Shown: positions 57,672-64,000 of the stretch, piece after piece
Layout: the number at the start of each line of letters is the position of its first letter
How positions within the stretch are numbered: position 1 is the stretch's first letter
DNA from: a plasmid
Reading direction: 5' to 3' (one strand)
Sequence record: NZ_CP090684.1
Length of the DNA: 64,000 nucleotides
Notes under the pieces: generated by a model
The model's database searches: none
Told to the model about the DNA's origin: nothing
What the model saw: the letters and a program-made list of their open reading frames with translations, nothing else
Program-made: the position numbers and the translations under genes

Positions 57672-57863
57672 TCAGCCGCTCTGTTTTTGATGTGCCTGAG
57701 CTGCTTCGAGGCTGTCGAAGTTACCGCGGTGATCGCGACCTTGCCAAAGCATGAAACGAGACACACCGGAAACGACGTATCTTCCGATCGTCCACCCGCT
57801 AGCGTGTGACCAGCCGTAGGGCGATTCTTGCTTCCACTCTGCTTCTGCGACTACCTCGGACAT
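57672..57863 (-). CDS. small hypothetical protein (63 aa), Trp-rich
   Basis: First gene of the six-gene cluster. Confidence 0.35.
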   Translation of the reverse strand: MSEVVAEAEWKQESPYGWSHASGWTIGRYVVSGVSRFMLWQGRDHRGNFDSLEAAQAHQKQSG

Positions 57864-58035
57864 CGTTCTGTTTTCCTACAGTTCGTGATTCGCGGGGCAC
57901 ATCAGCGCGGAGTCGCGCTCGCTGCTCGCGATAGCCTTCCATGTGAGCAATTGTTCAATCGAGTTGCTCGATCTCTGCCTTTTCCGACCCGCGCATTCCT
58001 GTATCAGCGCTTCGGTCATTTTGTTTTCTGCTAGG

Positions 58036-58293
58036 TCAGTGGCCGAGCGGCGCGACGATTTCAATTGCCGCTGCGATCGCGAGGTAGAAGCCGACGAGAC
58101 CGAATGCGATGATCCCGATCCGCCGACTGGGACCTGGCTGAATCTGGAAAAGGTGAGCCAACACCGTTCCAGTTTTCCGCCAACTGTCCATATACGCCGC
58201 ACTCAGCGACGTCTCCGACGACCAGATGAGCATCGCCATCTGGAAACTGACGATCAACATTACGGCTACCCCAAGCGCTTGCAGTACCAACAA
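58036..58293 (-). CDS. small polytopic membrane protein (85 aa)
   Basis: Three hydrophobic segments. Confidence 0.35.
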   Translation of the reverse strand: MLVLQALGVAVMLIVSFQMAMLIWSSETSLSAAYMDSWRKTGTVLAHLFQIQPGPSRRIGIIAFGLVGFYLAIAAAIEIVAPLGH

Positions 58294-58593
58294 AATTTGC
58301 CTCTCTTCTTCGATGCCGGCGTGCCGGCGTTTTCTAGGTGCCGGCTGCTCCGGCCGTTCGCGCGCTCAACGACAGGACCAAGCCAGCGGCTCCGGGCCTT
58401 CCCGTTCAGTGTTCCGAGGAGTTGTCGCTGGGCGCGTTGCATAATCGATCACCCCAGGTGCTCGATCTGCCACCGGTAGGTATCCAACTCTGTATCTAAT
58501 TTCTGCGCCATCTCAATCTTTTCCTTGTGACCTTCGAGCCAGCATTGACTAGTTTCCGCACTCCTATCGGCTCGACGCGCTGACGGCGACTCA

Positions 58594-58755
58594 TCAGTGG
58601 CGGGTAGCCACTAGCAACAGGATCACAACGGTGCCGGACGCGATCGCCGCGAAGGTGCTGGCCGGATGGGGGAGGTGCTGTGCAATCTCAAGGCCGAAAG
58701 ACAGACAGCCCATACCGAGAGTAGCCAGGGCCACCAAAGTTGCGAGCATTCGCAT
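58594..58755 (-). CDS. small two-TM membrane peptide (53 aa)
   Basis: Internal Met of ORF 58594..58983. MRMLATLVALATLGMGCLSFGLEIAQHLPHPASTFAAIASGTVVILLLVATRH. Confidence 0.3.
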   Translation of the reverse strand: MRMLATLVALATLGMGCLSFGLEIAQHLPHPASTFAAIASGTVVILLLVATRH

Positions 58756-58865
58756 TTTTTGTTTCCTCTTTGTCAGCCTGAGCGCTACGCTTCGAACGAA
58801 ATCAGTTACGCGTGTGTGCCCGTTCCACCGTTTTCCTTCATGTCGGCAGCGCCGGCTTTTGCCGG

Positions 58866-59090
58866 TCAATCGTAGCGTCTGATCGGAGCAAGACCGCGTT
58901 GCTCGCGAAGCGCATCTTCTGCCCGCTCCATCGACGCCAAGCGGTACTGTGCTGACGAACAGTCCGGAGGGTCCAGCGCCCATACGTGCGGCTCCCGCGT
59001 ACGTGCCAGAGACTCAATCTCGGCCTTCCTCGGCTCGTCGTTTTCGGATTTCATCATCGCGATTTTCACGTTGTCTGTCCCTCGGATCAA
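58866..59090 (-). CDS. hypothetical small protein (74 aa)
   Basis: Protein-like, charged. Confidence 0.3.
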   Translation of the reverse strand: MIRGTDNVKIAMMKSENDEPRKAEIESLARTREPHVWALDPPDCSSAQYRLASMERAEDALREQRGLAPIRRYD

Positions 59091-59439
59091 TCACGTCGGC
59101 GAAAGCCGGCCGCAAGCGATCCGGGTCATAGAGTCCAAGTACCCGACCCAGACGCATCCCTACTGTCGGGCAGCCGAGCTTTTCCAGGTAGATCATCGCG
59201 CCCGCACACATGCTCTCCTGGCCGCTGGCCACATAGTTGCCATCGCCATCCCACTCCCCGCCAGTTCGCTCGTTATGCACGGTCTTGTGGCAGTGAAACG
59301 TGCCTCGATCGTCCTTCACCAAGGCGTCCACGATACCGTCGAGGCGGCCAGGCGCGAGCTCGATAGCCCCGACCTTGAGAAACGGGCAGTTCTCACATGG
59401 GCGACGCAGCTTGAAGTGCGAGTCATTTCCAGACGCCAT
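59014..59439 (-). CDS. Cys/His-motif protein (CENCPF...HCHKTVH); N-terminus unresolved
   Basis: Protein-like from Met80 of ORF 59014..59676. The upstream part of that ORF is junk-like. An alternative-frame ORF 59567..59812 overlaps, so a possible frameshift or mis-set start. Confidence 0.3.
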   Translation of the reverse strand: MASGNDSHFKLRRPCENCPFLKVGAIELAPGRLDGIVDALVKDDRGTFHCHKTVHNERTGGEWDGDGNYVASGQESMCAGAMIYLEKLGCPTVGMRLGRVLGLYDPDRLRPAFADVIDPRDRQRENRDDEIRKRRAEEGRD

Positions 59440-59840
59440 TACGTTTTCCGTTGCGTAGATGCTGCGCGCGTTCGCGCCGTTACCGTCGGTAATACATGGG
59501 TCGCAGGCCTGCCTCCAAAGCTCCAAATTCCACTGCGAAACCGTGCGACCGTCCAAAGCTTTTCGTTCATTGCGTTTTCCGGTGCGGTATCCGCTGAACG
59601 TCGAAGTGGGCTGCTGCGTAACGCGCGTTGCAGTTCCAAACTTCCGCGCCGTCGCGGGTGAATGTCGCGCAACCATTCTTCACGACCATCCTTGCGCGCG
59701 GAAACACAGCACTGTGGCCATTCGCGGCTGCCGAGAATATTGTGCGCTCGCGGCACGTTGCCTCGTATTCACCGTCGGCAAGCATTCGGTTGGCTCGTTT
59801 GCTGTTCATCATGTTGACCTTGCTCAGTATTTTTCCTTGC

Positions 59841-60110
59841 TCAGTTTTCGAGCGTCTGACTCAATGCACAAACAGCATCGCTAAAAAGCCTAACCTGCCA
59901 ACCGAGCCCCTTATACACATCTTCGGCGGCGTCTCGCGCTCGTCGTACCTTCGCCACTCCCAAGGTGTAACCTCGTGCCTTCGTGCAGACCGTCACCGAG
60001 CCTGCCGGTCGTCCGCGTGCGTCGATTGCGGTGATTACGGTCCCTCGGGAATCGTCTTCTGCAATCCATCCTGCAGGTAGCTCGATCGGCAATCTTTCAG
60101 TTCCCACCAT
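59841..60110 (-). CDS. hypothetical protein (90 aa)
   Basis: GGAGAAA Shine-Dalgarno before the ATG at 60110. Confidence 0.4.
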   Translation of the reverse strand: MVGTERLPIELPAGWIAEDDSRGTVITAIDARGRPAGSVTVCTKARGYTLGVAKVRRARDAAEDVYKGLGWQVRLFSDAVCALSQTLEN

Positions 60111-60258
60111 AGTTTCTCCGGTTTTCCGGCTCACAAATTTTCACTTTGCGTTGTCGTGCGGACACTGCTTCTGATTGTGGTCAGCCGGTTTCCCCCGAAC
60201 GGTCGCTGCGCACAATGTGGTGCACGACTCGTCTGGTCAACTTTTCGCTTCCCGTCCT

Positions 60259-60480
60259 CTATCGCGCCGTTGCCTTCAGCGGCATTCCTGTGCGCCTACG
60301 ACGCAATACGGTTTCGCCGACGGCGCTTGCTAGTGCAATCGCTAGGCTGGCGCACGTCGCCGCGAACCACGCGGGCACATCGAGCGGAAACGACCAAAGC
60401 ACGCCGACGCAGAAGACCGATCCGCCAAGAGCGAGGATCGTTGTGTATTTCAGGACTGAGATCGCGCGGTCGAGGTTCAT
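60259..60480 (-). CDS. small two-TM membrane protein (73 aa)
   Basis: Two hydrophobic helices. Confidence 0.35.
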   Translation of the reverse strand: MNLDRAISVLKYTTILALGGSVFCVGVLWSFPLDVPAWFAATCASLAIALASAVGETVLRRRRTGMPLKATAR

Positions 60481-60526
60481 TGTCTTCCTTCCCGGGTTAT
60501 CGGTAAGCGTGCGTCGATCATGAAGG

Positions 60527-60781
60527 TCAATATAGCCTCTTTTTTCGTTGCGCGCAACGCTTACTAAGATCGATCAATGCTGCTTCGATCGCGGCTCTGT
60601 CCGTCCCAAAATGCCCGGACAGCGCAGCCAGCGCGGCTGTTGCCTCGGGCGACAGGCGGGTGCGATTCAAGATCCGCCCCCCCGACGCCTTTAGTGCCTC
60701 ATCTAAGGCGTTGACGCGCTGAGTAGCAGTCTTCGCTTCGCGGGTCGGCGGACGGCCTCTGGGGCGCTTTGCTTCAGTCAT
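60527..60781 (-). CDS. small DNA-binding protein with an AT-hook-like N-terminus
   Basis: Start at Met42. AKRPRGRPPTREAK (GRP AT-hook) followed by a helical domain. Confidence 0.4.
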   Translation of the reverse strand: MTEAKRPRGRPPTREAKTATQRVNALDEALKASGGRILNRTRLSPEATAALAALSGHFGTDRAAIEAALIDLSKRCAQRKKRLY

Positions 60782-61111
60782 TGGTCCCACCAAAATAGAA
60801 TGAGAGCGGCCTCGTGTGCGGCATGAGGCATGTCTTGGTGCAATATAACATTGCGCGCAACGGTTGCATCGATAGATGAACGCAGCGTTGTTTCTGCTGC
60901 GCATCTATGCTCGTAATGCCTCCACTTCGAAGACTGTTACGAGGAAGTCCGTCTGACGCCCGGTATGGGCGTTCGTACCCCGGAAATACGCGATTCCTCG
61001 GAAAACCGGCGCAGCGATCCGGTCGACGCTTGCCAACTGCATCGCGCGATATTCGCCGCCGTTTCAGTGCCCGCTGTTCTCGGCTACCATCCTGCGGTTT
61101 TCCAACAGACG

Positions 61112-61444
61112 ATGAACGACATGTTGACGGATATCGAGGCTCTTCAGGCCCAATTGCGTGAAGTGAACGCCCGACTCGCGGAGGTGAAGCGCGACGAGAA
61201 GCGTGCCGCACTGGACGCCATTCGCGAGCAGGTCGCGCTATACGGCATCTCCGAGGAGGAGCTTTTGCTGGCTGCAGGCTTTCGTAAGCCGCGTAAGCGC
61301 CGCACTTCGGCGAAATACTACGACCCGTCGACGGGTAAGGAATGGTCCGGATTCGGCCCTCGTCCGAAATGGCTGGTCGGGAAGAACCTCGACGACTATC
61401 GGATAGATCGCGCCCCGAAGCCGTGGTGGCCCGGCGAGTCGTAA
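61112..61444 (+). CDS. H-NS-family nucleoid-associated protein (plasmid-borne H-NS-like)
   Basis: N-terminal coiled coil. C-terminal YYDPSTGKEWSGFGPRPKWL matches the H-NS DNA-binding motif (T-W-S/T-G-R-G-R-x-P-x-W type). Confidence 0.65.
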   Translation: MNDMLTDIEALQAQLREVNARLAEVKRDEKRAALDAIREQVALYGISEEELLLAAGFRKPRKRRTSAKYYDPSTGKEWSGFGPRPKWLVGKNLDDYRIDRAPKPWWPGES

Positions 61445-61578
61445 TACGCGGCGCCACGTCAAACGTCACACTGTCCAGACCGATTCTCTCGTGCGGTGGG
61501 ACGCTCAGCGTCCGGTGTTTATCGTGATCCGCGACTTGCTGTAACCTGCCTTTATGCCGCAGCTGACTGGAGACGTCG

Positions 61579-62373
61579 ATGTGCTATTCCGCCAAGGTCG
61601 AAGCTAACTACCGCGAATACGTGCGCCGCTACGGCGCCGACATGGACATCGAGTCATTCAGGCGCCTGTATTTTGCGCGTGCAGCGTCCGGCGACATCAA
61701 GATCCCGAAAGCGGTCGACGCGGCGCTTGCAGCAGCTGGAGACGACGAGATTTCGGCCGCGATCTTCGCGTATCGCACTCACCGTGCCAGCGAGCTTGAA
61801 TCCGAGCTCTTTAAGCAGCGGACACGGCTTGCGGCCGCGGAGAAAAAGCTGGCGGCGAAGGTCACCAAGGCCGCCAGCGAGGACGTTCGAATCGCCACCG
61901 ACAAGATCGAAGCGGCGATGCGCGGCCTCGAGGATCTTCGTCGGACCGACCTGCAGGAGCGCGATTCCCGAATTTTCCCTGGTTGGTATGCGCCCGTGTT
62001 GATTGAGCTCGATGGGAAGCGCGTGATTGTTCCGATGCGCTATCGGTGCCGACTGCCTGGATGGACGGAGCGCGATGAGAGGCAAAAGCCCGGCACCTAC
62101 AATGCGCGCGTCGATTCGTTGTCGACGGCGTGGCGCAAGGTGTTCGGGTTCTCGCATGGGCTAATGCTGGTCGACGCATTCTTCGAGAACGTGAAGCGCG
62201 ACGAGCGGAACGTCGTGCTGCGCTTTGATCCGACGCCCCGGCAGCACATGCAGGTCGCTTGCTTGTGGACGCGCACCGAAATCCCTGGCTCGGACGATCT
62301 CTGGTCGTTTGCGGCGATCACTGACGATCCGCCGCCGGAAGTCGCCGCGGCCGGACACGACCGATGCATCTGA
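61579..62373 (+). CDS. SOS-response-associated peptidase (SRAP/YedK family) with a ~100-aa helical insertion
   Basis: Starts MC (catalytic Cys2). C-terminal AAAGHDRCI resembles the HDRMP motif. WRKVFGFSHGLMLVDAFFE block. 264 aa versus ~220 typical. Confidence 0.6.
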   Translation: MCYSAKVEANYREYVRRYGADMDIESFRRLYFARAASGDIKIPKAVDAALAAAGDDEISAAIFAYRTHRASELESELFKQRTRLAAAEKKLAAKVTKAASEDVRIATDKIEAAMRGLEDLRRTDLQERDSRIFPGWYAPVLIELDGKRVIVPMRYRCRLPGWTERDERQKPGTYNARVDSLSTAWRKVFGFSHGLMLVDAFFENVKRDERNVVLRFDPTPRQHMQVACLWTRTEIPGSDDLWSFAAITDDPPPEVAAAGHDRCI

Positions 62374-62649
62374 ATACTATTAGCCGTTAGACGATCGTAA
62401 CTCGTTGATTGAATGTGGATTTTGACAACGAATAGTTTGCCGCGCGCCGGCCACGTTAATACGATTCAATAATCGTCAGCTATCCTCCGACTGAGTTTCC
62501 AGCCATTGTCAAATGCCACGATCCTGAAGTCCCTTCCGGGTATTCGATCCCTAATTCGCCGTTGGACGAGTTCGCTGCCGCTTCCGGCATGACGGAATCG
62601 TGTATCGCTACCTGGCTTCAGCCCTACCCGCCTGCCACACGCCAACCGC

Positions 62650-63384
62650 TTGGACTCCATGACACCGACTGCAAAGCTCGCCTTGCTCACGTTACCGCCC
62701 GTGCTGGCGGCCTGTTTCGGCGCCCTCGCGGCCGCTTGGCGAGCGCCGGGCCCGAAAACGTCGAGCGTGATCCAGCATTTCACGGGCGGCATCGTGTTCG
62801 CGGCCGCCGCGCTTGAACTGCTGCCCCAAGACCGTGCGCATGCGTTGATTCCGGTCGTCGTCGGTTTCGTGCTCGGGATCGCACTGATGCTCGCGATCAG
62901 CGAGCTATCCGGATCGATCGAAACGCGCTTCGAGACAGCGCGGCTGCCGGTGAGCCTGATCATCATCACCGCGATCGACCTCGTCGTTGACGGCCTGGTG
63001 CTCGGCATTGCCTTTTCCGCGAGCGACGAAAGCGGCATCATCCTGACCGTCGCACTGACGCTCGAGGTGTTGTTCCTCGCCCTTTCGGTCAGCGCGGCGC
63101 TGGCCGCGGCTGGCATCGGCCGCTTGCTGTCGATCGTCGTTCCGGTCGCGCTCGCGGCCCTGCTGAGCGTCGCGGCCGTTGTCGGCAATGCGGCGTTCGC
63201 CGGGCTGCCGGCGAATATCTATGCAGCGCTGCTGGGGCTGGGCACCGTCGCTCTGTTGTACCTCGTCACTGAGGAACTGCTGGTCGAAGCGCACGAAGTG
63301 CCCGAATCGCCGTTCGCGACGGCTTCGTTCTTCATCGGCTTCATCGTGTTCTTCCTGATCGAAGGATCGGTGAAAGTCGGATGA
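62650..63384 (+). CDS. ZIP-family divalent metal transporter (ZupT-like)
   Basis: Polytopic. QHFTGG and HEVPES sit at the positions of the ZIP HNFxEG and HExPxE motifs. Confidence 0.6.
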   Translation: MDSMTPTAKLALLTLPPVLAACFGALAAAWRAPGPKTSSVIQHFTGGIVFAAAALELLPQDRAHALIPVVVGFVLGIALMLAISELSGSIETRFETARLPVSLIIITAIDLVVDGLVLGIAFSASDESGIILTVALTLEVLFLALSVSAALAAAGIGRLLSIVVPVALAALLSVAAVVGNAAFAGLPANIYAALLGLGTVALLYLVTEELLVEAHEVPESPFATASFFIGFIVFFLIEGSVKVG

Positions 63385-63406
63385 ACCGGGCGTAACGGCG
63401 CGGCGG

Positions 63407-63910
63407 TTACCAGGTCGTCGCGCCAGTCGGATAGGTATCGACGATCCGCGTGCCGTTGACCGGCGTGACACCCTCGTCGCGTAACGCGGTCCAGAGATCG
63501 ATTGCATGTTCGCGCGACTTGCGGCTGCCGTCGTCGGCCAGCACGTTCAGCGCGATCACTTCGTCGCGTGTGGTCAGCTGCAGTTGCTCCTTCAGCTTGC
63601 GTGACTGATGCGACGCGGTGCGAACGTCGCCGAGCATGATCCGCGTCTCCGCGACCGCCGAATCGTCTCCGGTATCGGCCGGCACGAACGTCAACCAGCC
63701 GTTGTCGACTTCGCATAGCCCGCGCGCAAACCTCGCGGTCCACGCGCCGGCTGGCACGACCGCGAATTCGCAAAGCATCCGCTCGTTCGCGCGGCTGCCG
63801 ACGTCGTGGGCCGGCGCGTGCGACAGCGCACGTTCCGGCCAGCCTGCCGCCGTCGCGGCCGTCGACATCAGGCACGCCGCCAGCACGATTCCTTTCACGA
63901 TATTTCGCAT
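63407..63910 (-). CDS. secreted hypothetical protein (168 aa)
   Basis: Signal peptide MRNIVKGIVLAACLMSTAATAAG. Confidence 0.45.
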   Translation of the reverse strand: MRNIVKGIVLAACLMSTAATAAGWPERALSHAPAHDVGSRANERMLCEFAVVPAGAWTARFARGLCEVDNGWLTFVPADTGDDSAVAETRIMLGDVRTASHQSRKLKEQLQLTTRDEVIALNVLADDGSRKSREHAIDLWTALRDEGVTPVNGTRIVDTYPTGATTW

Positions 63911-63941
63911 CGCCCCTCCTTTTCTTGAATCAACGATCAAA

Positions 63942-64000
63942 GCACCGCGAAGCGGTTGTCGTGCGCGTCGACCATCGGCATCTTCTCGCCTCGATGAACG
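63942..64000 (-). CDS. 3' end of a minus-strand gene running off the window
   Basis: Open frame ending ...EKMPMVDAHDNRFAVL then stop near 63942. Too short to classify. Confidence 0.2.

Noticed and set aside
62466-63188. 240-aa minus-strand ORF
   Set aside because: Antisense to a well-formed ZIP transporter gene. Ser/Thr/Ala-rich low-complexity product.
1-64000. tRNA, rRNA or integrase/att sites marking an ICE boundary
   Set aside because: None recognised by eye; no tyrosine or serine recombinase in the window. Cannot be excluded without a tRNA scan or covariance search.

Overview
This is a 64-kb segment of a high-GC (Burkholderiales-like; inference) self-transmissible element. It is most consistent with an F-type conjugative plasmid, given an iteron and DnaA-box origin-like region; an ICE is also possible.

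Layout along the window:
(1) 1-17000: MPF-F type IV secretion genes in the order traC (5' partial), a TrbI-like small membrane protein, TraF/TrhF signal peptidase, a thioredoxin-fold TraF/TrbB-like protein, traH, traG. These are followed by a minus-strand unit (triple-HTH regulator, DsbA-like protein, GspE-family ATPase), a Sel1-like protein, a secreted protein, and a TraN homologue split into two genes that each carry their own signal peptide.
(2) 17000-20600: small cargo genes, including an MmcB-like PD-(D/E)xK nuclease.
(3) 20676-29157: an orphan T6SS cargo cassette. It comprises vgrG, a DUF1795 Eag chaperone, a prePAAR/PAAR Rhs effector whose C-terminal toxin resembles NucA/NucB DNase, an overlapping low-GC immunity gene, and an unknown gene.
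(4) 29342-36107 (minus strand): MobF relaxase-helicase TraI, coupling protein TraD, and a MobC-like accessory protein. A candidate oriT lies at about 36108-36428.
(5) 36750-54800: the leading region. Its genes are almost all on the minus strand (one plus-strand small gene sits at 36429-36743): small proteins, a Nuc-like PLD endonuclease, a Toprim primase-like protein, a ParB-like protein and a PAPS-reductase/IbrA-like protein. Seven gene units here are each preceded by one member of a 7-copy family of 400-650 bp GC-rich elements. Each element is built around a conserved core hairpin plus a roughly 190-nt imperfect, bulged inverted repeat. I propose these are Frpo-like single-strand promoters or ssi sites (inference).
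(6) 54900-56150: a structured GC-rich block, AT-rich direct repeats, a DnaA box and about 10 direct 17-bp iterons. This is a candidate oriV or centromere; no rep gene is adjacent.
(7) 56400-64000: many small minus-strand genes, a small DNA-binding protein, an H-NS-like protein, an SRAP (YedK-like) protein with an insertion, and a ZIP metal transporter.

Coordinates of non-ORF features were read by eye and are approximate (plus or minus a few bp).
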